DNA of 64,000 nucleotides from Anaeromyxobacter oryzae (lineage in GTDB: Bacteria > Myxococcota > Myxococcia > Myxococcales > Anaeromyxobacteraceae). Location: the NCBI RefSeq assembly GCF_023169945.1, contig NZ_AP025591.1, forward strand, positions 3,156,481 to 3,220,480, read 5' to 3'. Numbering within the stretch: position 1 is the first letter of the stretch; every line of letters starts with the position of its first letter. Positions 1 to 10,204 of this stretch are shown piece by piece. The notes under the pieces were generated by a model. The model was not told where the DNA came from. It saw only the letters and a list, made by a program, of their open reading frames with translations, and did no database searches. The translations under genes and the position numbers were made by a program.

Positions 1-603
1 CCAGATCTCGACGCCGCTCTTGCCCGTGAACGACTTGGTCCCGTTCACGTCGACGAAGCCGGTGAAGAGGAACGGCACCGGGCCGACCGAGAAGGGCACC
101 GTCCAGAACGGGCTGATCTGCCACTGCTGGTGAGCGTACTGATCGTAGCGGTAGTAGACGTTCAGGCCGAGGACCCAGAACTGGGGGGCGACGAAGTCGA
201 ACCCGACGCCGCCGAGGTAGGCGTAGAAGTTGTTCCCCTGGTTCACCTCGCCCGCGACGCCCCAGTTCCTGATGAAGCCGAGGGCCGGCTCCTTCTGCCC
301 GAGGAGCTGGTTCACGAAGAGGCGCGGGTGCCACTCGAGGTAGACCGACGAGGTCTCGGCTCCGGCGTCGTCGCGACGCATGAGGTCGGCGAAGGCGAAG
401 CTGTCGCCGTACTCCCAGGTCGAGAACGTGTTGAGGGTGAGCGTGGTGATCTTCCCGTGCTCGGGATGACCGATCCAGTTGTCGTCGAAGCTGTAGCCCT
501 GCAGGAGCTGGACGTTCGTGGTCGAGAAGCCGCCGGCGCGCGCCGCGGGGGCGGCGAGCACGAGCGCGAGGAGGCTGGCGCGGAGGATGGAACGAAGGGT
601 CAT
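1..603 (-). CDS. outer-membrane beta-barrel protein (Tsx/porin-like), 5' partial in window (N-terminus present, C-terminus off the edge)
   Basis: minus-strand translation starts MTLRSILRASLLALVLAAPAARA (signal peptide) at 603 and reads open to position 1; alternating aromatic/hydrophilic pattern and a Gly/Tyr/Phe/Trp-rich mature region typical of OM barrels. Confidence 0.5.
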   Translation of the reverse strand, partial: MTLRSILRASLLALVLAAPAARAGGFSTTNVQLLQGYSFDDNWIGHPEHGKITTLTLNTFSTWEYGDSFAFADLMRRDDAGAETSSVYLEWHPRLFVNQLLGQKEPALGFIRNWGVAGEVNQGNNFYAYLGGVGFDFVAPQFWVLGLNVYYRYDQYAHQQWQISPFWTVPFSVGPVPFLFTGFVDVNGTKSFTGKSGVEIW

Positions 604-661
604 GGGCCCGCCTTCTAGCCCACCCTTCTGACGCTCCGAAAGGGTGCTGATTCGTCGGTCG

Positions 662-1687
662 CTACTCGAACGGGACGAGGTGCACCCGCTCACCCGGCTC
701 GGCACCCAGAACTTCGCGCGCTTTCTCGGGAATCCGGACGCTCTCGCCGTCGAGACGCACCGCGCAACGGACCGCCCGGAAGCGCACCTTTCCCTCGCTG
801 CGGGTGACTCCGACGAGGCGCTCCTCGCCGTCGCGCTCGAGCGGCTCCGGGAGGAGCTTCGCCCGGCGATACGCACGGACGAGCGTCACGTCGGCGAGCG
901 GCGCCTCGTAGTGCGGTCCGCCGTCGAACGGGTCGATCCGGCTCACGTAGCGGAAGCCGATCTTCTCGAGGAGGTGGCGGACCGGCTCCGTCTCCGGACC
1001 GACCTTCCCGAGCGCCCGGCGGACCGCGGGCGGGAAGAGGGTCGCGTAGACGTCGACCGGCGGGAAGAGCTGCTGGATGAACTCCTTGTTCTCGCGGCTC
1101 TTCTTGTCGGCCTCCTGGTAGTCGAGGCCGGTGAACCGCGCGCCGAACGCCTCCCAGAACTGGCTGCGCCCGTCGCGCGACAGCGGCGGCATCAGCTCCG
1201 CGAGCACGGTCTCCCGGAATCGCTCGCGGAAGATCGCCATGTAGAGGAAGCGCACGAACGCGAGCTGCTTCCCGGGCCGCTCCTCGCCGCCGCGCTCGTG
1301 CGGATCGACGACCAGCCCGCCGATCTCGGTGGGCCCGTCGAAGTGGAACCCGAGCGACAGGACCTGGTGCTTGAAGTGCCGGTCGAGCGTCGACGAGTAG
1401 TGCTCGCGCTCCGACACGTCGAAGAAGGTGCAAGGCGACTCGCGCGTGCCGTGCTGCGCGATCACCATCGACGTGCCGACGATCCGGCGCGACCGAGGCT
1501 CCTCCGCGACGAAGACGTACGTCCGCTCGAGCGGGTCGCGGATCTTGCCCGCGAAGCTCCGGACCGACCGGTCGATGATCTCGACCAGCGCCCGCTCGTC
1601 GTGCGGGAGGTTCACCGTGTTCAGCACCTTCGCGAGCGCGGCGAGGCTCGCGAGGTCCGACTTCTGGGCGTCCCGGAGGAGCAGCAT
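662..1687 (-). CDS. astA: arginine/ornithine N-succinyltransferase (AstA/AruF family)
   Basis: 341 aa; conserved blocks relative to E. coli AstA (..SPFW/SQFWEAFG.., EKIGFRYVSRIDPFDGGP vs EGFRYRNYIDIFDGGP). Confidence 0.7.
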   Translation of the reverse strand: MLLLRDAQKSDLASLAALAKVLNTVNLPHDERALVEIIDRSVRSFAGKIRDPLERTYVFVAEEPRSRRIVGTSMVIAQHGTRESPCTFFDVSEREHYSSTLDRHFKHQVLSLGFHFDGPTEIGGLVVDPHERGGEERPGKQLAFVRFLYMAIFRERFRETVLAELMPPLSRDGRSQFWEAFGARFTGLDYQEADKKSRENKEFIQQLFPPVDVYATLFPPAVRRALGKVGPETEPVRHLLEKIGFRYVSRIDPFDGGPHYEAPLADVTLVRAYRRAKLLPEPLERDGEERLVGVTRSEGKVRFRAVRCAVRLDGESVRIPEKAREVLGAEPGERVHLVPFE

Positions 1688-1856
1688 GGCGCGGTCTCGA
1701 GGAGGCTCCAGGCCTCAGGCCGACGCTCGATGGAGCCCCGGCCAGCGTCGGGCGGGGGCGAGGACGAGCCGGCGAGGGTCTGTAGCACGGCCCCCTGGGG
1801 CTGTCACCGTGCGTGGCGGCCGCGAACTCCGTTGAAACGGCGGCGACCCCGTGCCA

Positions 1857-2318
1857 ATGAAGGACGCCGTGCGAGCGGTCGTGCAGCGCGTGTCGCGCGC
1901 CGAGGTGCGCGTCGAGGGAAGGGTCACCGGCTCGATCGGCCGGGGGCTGCTCGTGCTCGTCGGCGTGTCGCGCGACGACGGGGACGAGGACGCGCGGCTC
2001 CTCGCCGACAAGGTGGCGAACCTCCGGATCTTCGAGGACGCCGCCGGCAAGATGAACCTCGCCGTCGGCGAGATCTCGGGCGGCGTTCTCCTGGTGTCGC
2101 AGTTCACCCTCCTCGGCGACGGCCGGAAGGGGAACCGCCCGAGCTTCATCGACGCGGCGGCGCCCGAGGCCGCGAACGCGCTCTACGAGCGGTGCTGCGC
2201 CCTCGTGCGCGAGAAGGGGCTGCCGGTCGCGACCGGCGTCTTCCGCGCCCACATGGACGTGGAGCTCGTGAACGACGGCCCGGTGACGATCCTGCTCGAT
2301 ACGAAGCGGCTCTTTTGA
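1857..2318 (+). CDS. dtd: D-aminoacyl-tRNA deacylase
   Basis: ~150 aa; [21 protein letters not shown]...SQFTLLGD...GNRPSF matches the Dtd family; ATG at 1857 (GTG at 1851 also possible). Confidence 0.85.
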   Translation: MKDAVRAVVQRVSRAEVRVEGRVTGSIGRGLLVLVGVSRDDGDEDARLLADKVANLRIFEDAAGKMNLAVGEISGGVLLVSQFTLLGDGRKGNRPSFIDAAAPEAANALYERCCALVREKGLPVATGVFRAHMDVELVNDGPVTILLDTKRLF

Positions 2319-2332
2319 CGCGAGGTGAACGA

Positions 2333-2677
2333 ATGTCCGACTGCCTGTTCTGCAAGATCGTGAAGGGCGAGATCCCCGCGAAGAAGGTCCACGAGGACGC
2401 CGACACGGTGGCCTTCCAGGACATCAACCCGCAGGCGCCCACGCACCTGCTCGTCGTCCCGCGGAAGCACATCCCGACGATGAACGACATCGGCGAGGCG
2501 GACGAGGCGCTCGTGGGGAAGCTCTTCCGCGTGGGCGCGAGGCTCGCCGAGGAGCGCGGCATCGCGGCGCCGGGGTGGCGCGCGGTGATGAACGCGAACC
2601 GCCTCGCCGGGCAGACCGTCTTCCACCTCCACCTGCACGTCCTCGGTGGCCGGGCGATGACCTGGCCGCCCGGGTAG
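2333..2677 (+). CDS. HIT (histidine triad) family hydrolase
   Basis: MSDCLFCKIVKGEIPAKKVHEDADTVAFQDINPQAPTHLLVVPRKH...HLHLHVLGG has the H-x-H-x-H triad. Confidence 0.85.
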   Translation: MSDCLFCKIVKGEIPAKKVHEDADTVAFQDINPQAPTHLLVVPRKHIPTMNDIGEADEALVGKLFRVGARLAEERGIAAPGWRAVMNANRLAGQTVFHLHLHVLGGRAMTWPPG

Positions 2678-2682
2678 CGGCG

Positions 2683-3741
2683 TCAGTAGCCGCTGCCCAT
2701 GGCGCCGCTCCCGGTGCCGCTCGCCTGCGCCGGGGCCGGCCCCGCGCCGGCCTGGCCCTGCGCGCCCTCCCGCGCGAGCGCGTTCGCGCTCGCTGCGGCC
2801 CGGGCCGCCATGCCGAGCGCGAGCCGCGCCTGGTACAGGTCCCCGCGCGCGAGGGCGTCGCGCGCCGTCTGCAGGTACGCCGCGCCGGCGCCGGCCTGGG
2901 AGGCCTCGGCCTGCGCGCCGCGCTGCCCTGCCTCCGCGCGCGCCGCCTCGAGCGCCGCGGCGTTCTGGTCGAGCACCGTCTGGAGGCCGGACGCGTCGCC
3001 CGCGGCGAGCGACTGCAGCGCGCCGTCCATGTCCCCGAGCGCCGCGCCGGTGGTCTCGGCGCGCTGCGCAGGCGACCGCGCCGCCGCGTCCGCCTCGGCC
3101 GCCCGCTGCGCGCGCTCCTGCTGGAGCTGCGCCTCGAGCTGATCGGCCCGCGCGCGATCGGCGGCCGCGCCCTGCTGCAGCCCCGAGACCTCCGTCTGCA
3201 GCGAGCTCACCTGCTGGCGGAGCTGATCCATCTCGGCGCGCGCGGCGCCGTCGGTCCGGGCCTGCTCGTCGAGCCGCGCCTGCTCGTCCCGGATCGCCGC
3301 GGCGCGGTCCTCGTCCGCGGTCGACGGGCGCGTCGCGTTCGGCGCCCGGCGCCGCGCCGTGGAGCTGGAGGCGGCCCCGCCGCCGCCCTCGGCCGGGGAC
3401 GGCGTCGGCGTGGCGCTCGCGGCCGCGTTCGGGGCGCCGTTCGGGGTCGCGGACGAGCTCCCCGTCCCGCCCGCGCTCGCGTTCGCCGTCGCGCTCGGCG
3501 CCGCGCTGGCGTTCGGAGCGTTCCCTCCGCTCGCGCTCCCCCCCGCCGCGCTCTCCACCTCCCGCTGTGTCGGTGCCGCTCCCTGGGTCGGCGCGGGCTG
3601 CGGCGTGGGCGATGCCCCCACGGTCGGCGCGGGAGAGGTCGGCCCGATCGGTCCGGCGTCGCCGCTCGTGCTGGCATCCGTGGGGCCGGCGGGCGACTGG
3701 GCGAGCGCGAGGGGCAGCGCGAGGGCGAGGGCGGAGAGCAT
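2683..3741 (-). CDS. secreted low-complexity / coiled-coil protein (hypothetical)
   Basis: signal peptide MLSALALALPLALAQSP; Ala/Gly/Ser/Thr/Pro-rich N-terminal region then a Q/E/R-rich heptad-like segment; the competing plus-strand ORF is Arg-rich nonsense. Confidence 0.5.
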   Translation of the reverse strand: MLSALALALPLALAQSPAGPTDASTSGDAGPIGPTSPAPTVGASPTPQPAPTQGAAPTQREVESAAGGSASGGNAPNASAAPSATANASAGGTGSSSATPNGAPNAAASATPTPSPAEGGGGAASSSTARRRAPNATRPSTADEDRAAAIRDEQARLDEQARTDGAARAEMDQLRQQVSSLQTEVSGLQQGAAADRARADQLEAQLQQERAQRAAEADAAARSPAQRAETTGAALGDMDGALQSLAAGDASGLQTVLDQNAAALEAARAEAGQRGAQAEASQAGAGAAYLQTARDALARGDLYQARLALGMAARAAASANALAREGAQGQAGAGPAPAQASGTGSGAMGSGY

Positions 3742-3842
3742 GATGTGACGATCCGTTCGACGGGGCCGACCGACAAGCGGGCTTCGCAGGCGCCGTGCGC
3801 TCTGGCAGGCTGCCGGGCGCCCGATCCCGAGGAGGTCTCCCG

Positions 3843-4712
3843 ATGCCCGCCATCCGCCCGCGCCGCAGCGTCCTCTACCTCCCCGGCTCGAACGCCCGCG
3901 CGCTCGAGAAGGCCCGCACCCTCGATGCCGACGCGCTCATCCTCGATCTCGAGGACGCGGTGGCGCCCGCCGCGAAGGACGAGGCACGCGCCCAGGTGAT
4001 CGCGGCGGTGTCGGCGGGCGGCTTCGGGGGCCGGGAGGTGATCGTGCGCGTGAACGGCGGCGCGACGCCCTGGGGGGCGGCCGACCTCGCCGCGGTCGCC
4101 GGGGCGGGCGCGGACGCCGTCTGTCTGCCGAAGGTCGAGCGCCCGGACGACGTGCACGCCGCCGAGCGGGCGCTCGCCGCCGCCGGAGCGCCCGACCTCG
4201 ACCTCTGGTGCATGATCGAGACGCCGCGCGGCGTCCTCGCGGTCGCCGACATCGCCGCCGCGAGCCCGCGTGTCGCGGCCCTCGTCGCCGGCACGAGCGA
4301 CCTCGTGAAGGACCTCGGCGCGCGCCACACGCCCGGGCGCGCGGAGGTGCTCCCGAGCCTCGGCCTCATCCTGCTCGCGGCGCGCGCCAGCGGGCTCGCC
4401 GCGCTCGACGGCGTCCACCTCGACCTCTCGGACGAGGCCGGGTTCGAGGCGGCCTGCCGGCAGGGCCGCGATCTCGGCTTCGATGGCAAGACGCTCATCC
4501 ATCCGAAGCAGCTCGCGGCGGCGAACCGGATCTTCGCGCCGACCAGCGCGGAGGTGGAGGCGGCGCGCCGGATCATCGCCGCCCACGCGGAGGCCGAGGC
4601 GGAGGGGAAGGGCGTCACCGTGGTCGATGGGCGGCTCGTGGAGGCGCTGCACGTCGAGGCGGCGCGCCGGACCGTGGCGCTCGCCGAGGCCGTCGCCGCC
4701 GGCCACGACTGA
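3843..4712 (+). CDS. CitE/HpcH-family CoA-ester lyase (citrate lyase beta-like)
   Basis: MPAIRPRRSVLYLPGSNARALEKARTLDADALILDLEDAV...CMIETPRGV...TLIHPKQL is the diagnostic citryl-CoA lyase signature. Confidence 0.75.
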   Translation: MPAIRPRRSVLYLPGSNARALEKARTLDADALILDLEDAVAPAAKDEARAQVIAAVSAGGFGGREVIVRVNGGATPWGAADLAAVAGAGADAVCLPKVERPDDVHAAERALAAAGAPDLDLWCMIETPRGVLAVADIAAASPRVAALVAGTSDLVKDLGARHTPGRAEVLPSLGLILLAARASGLAALDGVHLDLSDEAGFEAACRQGRDLGFDGKTLIHPKQLAAANRIFAPTSAEVEAARRIIAAHAEAEAEGKGVTVVDGRLVEALHVEAARRTVALAEAVAAGHD

Positions 4713-4810
4713 CCGCGATCAAGTCTCAAGACGAGTGTTCTCGGGCATCTCCGGTTCGGCGCGAAAATCGCGCTGGCGTGGCTTGATCTGCGCCCGCGGG
4801 GGCCGGTACC

Positions 4811-5599
4811 GTGCCGGCCATGCTGAGAGTGAGTCGCAATCGCAACGCATGCGATCGGGAGTGCGGGTGCGCGTCGCGCGCCGTCCGGCGGGTGCGCTGG
4901 GTGATCGTCCTCCTGCTCCTCGCGGCCGCCGCGGCGGCGCCGCTCGTCGCGAGGCCGGACGATCTCGTCGCGGAGGCGACCTTCCTCGAGGACACCCTGC
5001 CGCCGGGCGGGCACGACCTGAACCTCTCCCTCGGCATGTCCCCGGCCGAGGACGGCGGCGGCGTCGACGCGGTCCCGCGGCTGCAGATCGCCTGGGCGCT
5101 CGGGCCGCGGACGGGGTTCACCGTCGACGCCGGCCTCGCCGTCGGCGCCGCGCGCCCGGCGCTCGCGACCCCGACCGCCTCCCTCAAGCTGCTGCTCCGG
5201 GACGCCGGACCGGACCGGACCGCGCTCGCCGCGAGCCTCGACCTCATCGGGACGCCCGACGCGTGGAGCCACAGCGAGGTCGGCGTCGGGCTCGGCGCGG
5301 CGCGGCCGCTCGCCGGCGTGACGGTGCGCGCCGCCGTCTGGGGCATGACCGACGCCGGCCGCTGGGATCCGCACGCCCACGCCGGCGTCTCCGCCGCGGT
5401 CCAGGCCGGCGTGCGCGTGCGGTTGCTCGCCGAGGCGGTCGCCGACGTTCGCGCCCACGGCGGCTCCCTCGGAGTGGGACCGACGGTGAAGATCGCGCTG
5501 AGCGAGGCGACGAGCCTCACCGGCGCGGTGCTCTTCGACGTCGCCGGAGGCGCCCCCGCGTTCTCCTCGGCGCTCATGCAGGTCGGGCGGGCGCTCTAG
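4811..5599 (+). CDS. hypothetical exported / possible beta-barrel protein
   Basis: hydrophobic N-terminus (VRWVIVLLLLAAAAAAPLVA), alternating pattern, GC3-biased; start uncertain; no family recognised. Confidence 0.4.
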   Translation: MPAMLRVSRNRNACDRECGCASRAVRRVRWVIVLLLLAAAAAAPLVARPDDLVAEATFLEDTLPPGGHDLNLSLGMSPAEDGGGVDAVPRLQIAWALGPRTGFTVDAGLAVGAARPALATPTASLKLLLRDAGPDRTALAASLDLIGTPDAWSHSEVGVGLGAARPLAGVTVRAAVWGMTDAGRWDPHAHAGVSAAVQAGVRVRLLAEAVADVRAHGGSLGVGPTVKIALSEATSLTGAVLFDVAGGAPAFSSALMQVGRAL

Positions 5600-5628
5600 G
5601 ACGGGCGGCCCGCCGCGTGCGAGGCTCG

Positions 5629-6375
5629 TCACCCGGGCGCGGCCGGATCGCGGCGCATCCGGTACTGCCGCTCGAGCTCGGAGAGACGCGCCACGAGCTC
5701 CGAGTGCCGCTGCACCCGGAAGATGTACCGCGGCACCTGCAGCTCCACCGTTCGCGACATGAACGGCTCTCCCCAGAAGCTGAGGAGCGCCTCCGTCCGG
5801 GCCTCGGGGCCGATGCCGGCCAGGATGAAGGACACGCTCTCGCGGAGCGTGCACCAGTGCGGCTCGCGCACCTTCCAGCCCCCGCGGCACGAGGCCACCT
5901 TCGGCGCGACGTGCTGCGCCCAGTTCTCGCGCTCGCCGTGGTCGAGGATGAACTGGATCGCGGCGACGGACTCGTTCTCGATCGCCGGCCCGAGCAGCTT
6001 GTCGAAGAGCGACTGGGGGCGGAACATCAGCAGGCACACGTTGAAGTAGGTGACCTCGCCGCGCGCCTGCCGGGCGAACCGCTCGCTCTCGTCGCGGAGG
6101 TGCCCCGGGCCGATGAGGAGCGCGTCCGGCGGGACGAGGGCCGACACCACGCGCGCGACGTCGCTCTCGACGCGCTGCACGGCCTCGAGGAGGCGCTCCT
6201 CGCGCGGCTCGCGGCGTAGATCCCGCACCAGGATGAGCGCCAGGATCGCCACGACCACGGCGGCGAGCACCGAGGGCTCCGCGACGTGGAGCAGCTCGAG
6301 GACGATCGCCACCACCGCCGCGACCACGCCCGCGATGGCGTCCCACTCGAGCCGGAGCAGCCCTCTCCTCGCCAC
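5629..6375 (-). CDS. hypothetical membrane-anchored protein
   Basis: two hydrophobic helices (AIAGVVAAVVAIVLELL, AAVVVAILALILV) followed by a soluble domain; the long ORF N-terminus is implausible so the start was trimmed and is uncertain. Confidence 0.4.
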   Translation of the reverse strand: MARRGLLRLEWDAIAGVVAAVVAIVLELLHVAEPSVLAAVVVAILALILVRDLRREPREERLLEAVQRVESDVARVVSALVPPDALLIGPGHLRDESERFARQARGEVTYFNVCLLMFRPQSLFDKLLGPAIENESVAAIQFILDHGERENWAQHVAPKVASCRGGWKVREPHWCTLRESVSFILAGIGPEARTEALLSFWGEPFMSRTVELQVPRYIFRVQRHSELVARLSELERQYRMRRDPAAPG

Positions 6376-6646
6376 GCGACGTCCCCCGTGGCCGGCCCGG
6401 GCGGACGCGCCGCCGGGGCGCCCGCCCACGCTGCACGTTGCGCAGGTCGGCTCGCCGCTGCACGAAGACCGTCGCGGCCGTGCCCGCGGCCGGCCCTCCC
6501 GGTGCCCGGCGCCGGCGGGATCGCGCCCGCCCGCCCGCGCTGCGAGCGCCCGCCTCTGGACCCGCGCGGGGTCGCCGGGCGTCGCGTCCGAGCAGCCCCC
6601 GCCTCGGTGGACAGGGGTAGGTCCATTCCATAGACTCCCCCTCCCT

Positions 6647-7000
6647 ATGCGCGGGCTCCGTGGGGCGACACAGGTCGCCGCGAACACCGTCGACGCCATC
6701 GAGGACGCCGTCGTCGAGCTGTGCGCGGAGATCACCCGCCGGAACGACCTCCAGCCCTCCCAGATCGTCTGGGCGATCTTCACGGTCACGCACGACCTCG
6801 ACGCCGACTTCCCGGCGCGGGCGGCGCGCGTGCAGGGCTGGAACGACGTCCCGATGATCTGCTCGCAGGAGATCCCGGTGCCGGGCTCGATGGCCCGCGT
6901 GATCCGCGTGCTCCTCCACGTCGACTCGGACGGCCCGCGGAACCACGTCTACCTCCGCGGCGCCCAGGCGCTCCGGCCCGACCTGCACAGGAAGCCTTGA
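6647..7000 (+). CDS. aroH: chorismate mutase, AroH class
   Basis: [22 protein letters not shown]...[46 protein letters not shown]...[14 protein letters not shown] aligns end-to-end with B. subtilis AroH. Confidence 0.85.
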   Translation: MRGLRGATQVAANTVDAIEDAVVELCAEITRRNDLQPSQIVWAIFTVTHDLDADFPARAARVQGWNDVPMICSQEIPVPGSMARVIRVLLHVDSDGPRNHVYLRGAQALRPDLHRKP

Positions 7001-7035
7001 GCCCGCCCGCGCGCGCCTGCAGAAGAGAGTCACCG

Positions 7036-8061
7036 GTGATCGTCGTCATGAAGAGGGGCTGCACCGACTTGGAGGTCGCGGGCGTCGCCGCGCGGATCGA
7101 GGCGCTCGGGCTGCGGCCCAGCGTCTCGCGCGGCGAGGAGCGGACGGTCGTCGGCGTGATCGGCGACGACCGGCTCGCGGACGCCGGGACCCTCGAGGCG
7201 CTCCCCGGCGTGTCCGGGTGCGTCCGCGTCCTCGCGCCGTACAAGCTCGCCTCGCGGGACTCCCACCCGTCGCGGACCGTCGTGACGATCGGGGAAGGGG
7301 AGGGCGCGGTGCGGGTCGGGGCGGACGCGGTCGCCGTGATCGCCGGGCCGTGCGCGGTGGAGAGCTGGGCGCAGCTGGAGGCCGTCGCGCGCGCGGCGAA
7401 GGCCGCCGGGGCGCGGCTGCTGCGCGGCGGCGCGTTCAAGCCGCGGACGTCGCCGTACGCGTTCCAGGGGCTCGGGGAGGAGGGGCTCCGGCTGCTCGCG
7501 CGGGCGCGCGGCGAGACCGGCCTCCCCGTCGTCACCGAGGTGATGACCGCGGAGATGGTGCCGCTCGTCGAGGAGCACGCCGACGCGCTCCAGGTCGGCG
7601 CGCGCAACATGCAGAACTTCGACCTGCTCCGCGCCTGCGGGAAGGCGCGGAAGCCGGTGCTGCTCAAGCGCGGGCTCTCCGCCACGCTCGAGGAGCTGCT
7701 CATGGCGGCGGAGTACGTGCTCGCCGGCGGGAACGCCCGGGTGATCCTCTGCGAGCGCGGCATCCGCACGTACGAGAAGGCGACGCGGAACACGCTCGAC
7801 CTCTCCGCGGTGCCGGCGCTGAAGGAGCTCTCGCACCTGCCGGTGATGGTCGACCCCTCGCACGGCACCGGGAAGCGCTCCCTGGTCACGCCGATGGCGC
7901 TCGCCGCGGTGGCCGCGGGGGCGGACGGCCTCCTCGTCGAGGTCCACCCCGACCCCGCGCACGCCCTCTCCGACGGCCCGCAGTCGCTCACGCCGGACGG
8001 GCTCGTGGACCTCATGGCGCGCGTCCGCGCGGTGGCGGCCGCGGTGGGACGGTCCGCGTGA
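7036..8061 (+). CDS. aroF: 3-deoxy-7-phosphoheptulonate (DAHP) synthase, type I-beta with N-terminal ferredoxin-like regulatory domain
   Basis: near collinear with Thermotoga DAHPS: IVVMK...[12 protein letters not shown]...IAGPCAVES...[23 protein letters not shown]...ILCERGIRT...VDPSH...LSDGPQSL. Confidence 0.9.
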   Translation: MIVVMKRGCTDLEVAGVAARIEALGLRPSVSRGEERTVVGVIGDDRLADAGTLEALPGVSGCVRVLAPYKLASRDSHPSRTVVTIGEGEGAVRVGADAVAVIAGPCAVESWAQLEAVARAAKAAGARLLRGGAFKPRTSPYAFQGLGEEGLRLLARARGETGLPVVTEVMTAEMVPLVEEHADALQVGARNMQNFDLLRACGKARKPVLLKRGLSATLEELLMAAEYVLAGGNARVILCERGIRTYEKATRNTLDLSAVPALKELSHLPVMVDPSHGTGKRSLVTPMALAAVAAGADGLLVEVHPDPAHALSDGPQSLTPDGLVDLMARVRAVAAAVGRSA

Positions 8062-8900
8062 GCGTCCCCGCCGAGATCGGCGTCGTCGGGCTCGGGCTCA
8101 TGGGCGCCTCGCTCGCCCGCGCGGCGCGCGCCGTCCGGCCCGACGTCCGCGTCGTCGCGGTGGAGCCGCGGGCGGACGTCCGCGCCCAGGCGCTCGCGGA
8201 CGGCGTGGCGCAGGTCGCGACCGCCGCTCCCGACGCCGCCCTCGCCCGCGCCGGGCTCGTCTTCCTCTGCACGCCGGTCGCGGCCATCGAGGCGCTCCTC
8301 GCGCCGGTCTCCGCGCTGCTCGCCGACGGGGCGGTGCTCACGGACGTGGGCGGCGCGAAGGAGCGGATCGTGCTCCTCGCCAGGGAGCGCGTCCGGTCCG
8401 CCGTCGCGTTCGTCGGCGCGCACCCGATGTTCGGGGGGCACGGCGGGTACGCAGGAGGCGCGGCCGCCGCGGAGAAGTGGAAGGGCGGGGCGGTGGCGGT
8501 CATCACCGACGCGCCTCCCGCCGCGGTCGACGCCGTGGCCGCGTTCCACGAGGCCCTCGGCGCGCGCGTCGTCCGCTGCACCGCCGCGGAGCACGACGGC
8601 GCCGTCGCGATGGTCTCGCACCTCCCGTACCTCGTCGCCTCCGCGCTCGCGACCGCGGCGAGGGAGGCCGGCCCGCTCGCGCGCGAGCTCGCCGGCCCGG
8701 GGCTCAAGGACATGACCCGGCTCGCGCAGTTCCCCTTCGACGTCCAGGGCGAGGTCGCGCGCCGGAACGCCCACGTCCCCGAGGCGGCGCGCCGGCTCCA
8801 GGGCCACCTCGCCCGGATCCTCGCCGCCATCCAGGACTCGCCAGAGGCGGCCCGGAACGCCCTCGAGGCCGCCCGCGCCGCACGGGAGGAGCTCTTTTGA
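8058..8900 (+). CDS. tyrA: prephenate dehydrogenase
   Basis: GTG start overlaps the aroF stop (GTGA); [11 protein letters not shown] Rossmann motif, HPMFGG, TyrA-type C-terminal domain. Confidence 0.8.
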   Translation: MSVPAEIGVVGLGLMGASLARAARAVRPDVRVVAVEPRADVRAQALADGVAQVATAAPDAALARAGLVFLCTPVAAIEALLAPVSALLADGAVLTDVGGAKERIVLLARERVRSAVAFVGAHPMFGGHGGYAGGAAAAEKWKGGAVAVITDAPPAAVDAVAAFHEALGARVVRCTAAEHDGAVAMVSHLPYLVASALATAAREAGPLARELAGPGLKDMTRLAQFPFDVQGEVARRNAHVPEAARRLQGHLARILAAIQDSPEAARNALEAARAAREELF

Positions 8901-10204
8901 CGACCCACACGAACGGCCCGCTCGCCTGCCGCCGCAAGGGCCCCCTCCGCGGCACCATCGAGGTCCCCGGCGACAAGTCGATCTCGCACCGGAGCCTCCT
9001 CTTCGGTGCCCTCGCCTCCGGCGAGACCCGCGTCCGCGGGCTCCTCGACGCGGAGGACGTCCACTCGACGCGCAAGGCGGTGGTGGCCCTCGGGGCGACC
9101 GTCCGCGAGGAGGGCGACGAGATCGTGGTCGTCGGCCCGGAGAAGCTCCGCGAGCCGGGCGACGTCATCGACTGCGGGAACTCCGGGACCAGCCTGCGCC
9201 TCCTCACCGGCGTCCTCTCCGGGATCCCCGGGCTCGCCGTCCTCACCGGCGACGCCTCGCTCCGCAAGCGCCCGGTCCGGCGCGTCATCGACCCGCTCCG
9301 GAAGATGGGCGCGAACCTGTCCGCGCGCGACGGCGACCGGCTGCCGCCGGTGGTGATCCGCGGCGGCCCGCTCCGGGGCGCCCGCCACGTCATGGAGGTC
9401 GCGAGCGCGCAGGTGAAGAGCGCGATCCTCCTCGCCGGCCTGTTCGCCGAGGGCGAGACGTCGGTGGTCGAGCCGGAGCGCTCGCGCGACCACACGGAGC
9501 GGATGCTCCGCGGGATGGGCGTGCCGGTCCGGGTGAACGGGCTGGAGGTGGCCGTCTCGGCCGCGCGGCCGCGCGGTACCCGGGTCGACGTGCCCGGCGA
9601 CATCTCCTCGGCTGCGTTCTTCCTCTGCGGTGCGGCGGCGCTCCCCGGCTCGAAGGTCACGGTCCGCAACCTCGGCGTCAACGAGACCCGGACCGGGCTC
9701 CTCGACGTGCTCCGGGCGATGGGCGCGAAGGTCACGCTCGAGGGCGCCCGCGAGATCGCGGGGGAGCCCCGCGCCGACGTGACGGTCGAGGCGGCGGAGC
9801 TCCGCGGCACCGAGATCCGCGGCGCGGTCATCCCGCGGCTCATCGACGAGCTGCCGGTCGTGATGGTGATGGCGACGCAGGCGCGGGGCCGGACGGTGAT
9901 CCGCGACGCGCGGGAGCTCAGGGTGAAGGAGTCCGACCGGCTCGCCGCCATGGGCGAGACGCTCGCCCGCGCCGGCGCGAAGATCGAGCTGTACGACGAC
10001 GGCTGCGCCATCGACGGCCCGACGCCGCTCCGGGGCGTCCCGGTCCAGACGCGGCTCGACCACCGGATCGCCATGTCGATGGCGATCGCCCAGCTCCTCA
10101 CCGGCGGCGACGAGGTCGTGCTCGACGACGTGGCGTGCGTCGCGACGAGCTTCCCCTCGTTCTTCCGGCTGCTCGATCAGGTCGCCGCGGGGGCAGCGCC
10201 GTGA
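8897..10204 (+). CDS. aroA: 3-phosphoshikimate 1-carboxyvinyltransferase (EPSP synthase)
   Basis: TTG start overlapping the tyrA stop; [65 protein letters not shown] signatures. Confidence 0.9.
   Translation: MTTHTNGPLACRRKGPLRGTIEVPGDKSISHRSLLFGALASGETRVRGLLDAEDVHSTRKAVVALGATVREEGDEIVVVGPEKLREPGDVIDCGNSGTSLRLLTGVLSGIPGLAVLTGDASLRKRPVRRVIDPLRKMGANLSARDGDRLPPVVIRGGPLRGARHVMEVASAQVKSAILLAGLFAEGETSVVEPERSRDHTERMLRGMGVPVRVNGLEVAVSAARPRGTRVDVPGDISSAAFFLCGAAALPGSKVTVRNLGVNETRTGLLDVLRAMGAKVTLEGAREIAGEPRADVTVEAAELRGTEIRGAVIPRLIDELPVVMVMATQARGRTVIRDARELRVKESDRLAAMGETLARAGAKIELYDDGCAIDGPTPLRGVPVQTRLDHRIAMSMAIAQLLTGGDEVVLDDVACVATSFPSFFRLLDQVAAGAAP

Noticed and set aside
690-2252. 520-aa minus-strand ORF
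   Set aside because: Out of frame with the AstA family match on the same strand and antisense to dtd. Low-complexity RG/PA composition.
644-2677. 677-aa plus-strand ORF spanning astA (antisense), dtd and HIT regions
   Set aside because: Only its last ~115 codons (the HIT protein from ATG 2333) are real. The rest is Arg/Ala/Pro-rich antisense or out-of-frame read-through typical of ~74% GC DNA.
2183-3853. 556-aa minus-strand ORF and 2575-3999 plus-strand ORF
   Set aside because: Arg-rich nonsense overlapping the HIT gene and the better-supported secreted coiled-coil protein (2683-3741, with signal peptide).
6376-6646. Attempted promoter call upstream of the aro operon
   Set aside because: The region is uniformly GC-rich apart from a short tccattccatagac patch, and no convincing -35/-10 or sigma-54 elements could be assigned.
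3875-7033. 1052-aa minus-strand ORF
   Set aside because: Antisense to the CitE-like gene, the 4811 gene and aroH. Extremely Arg/Gly/Ala/Pro-rich with no domain features.
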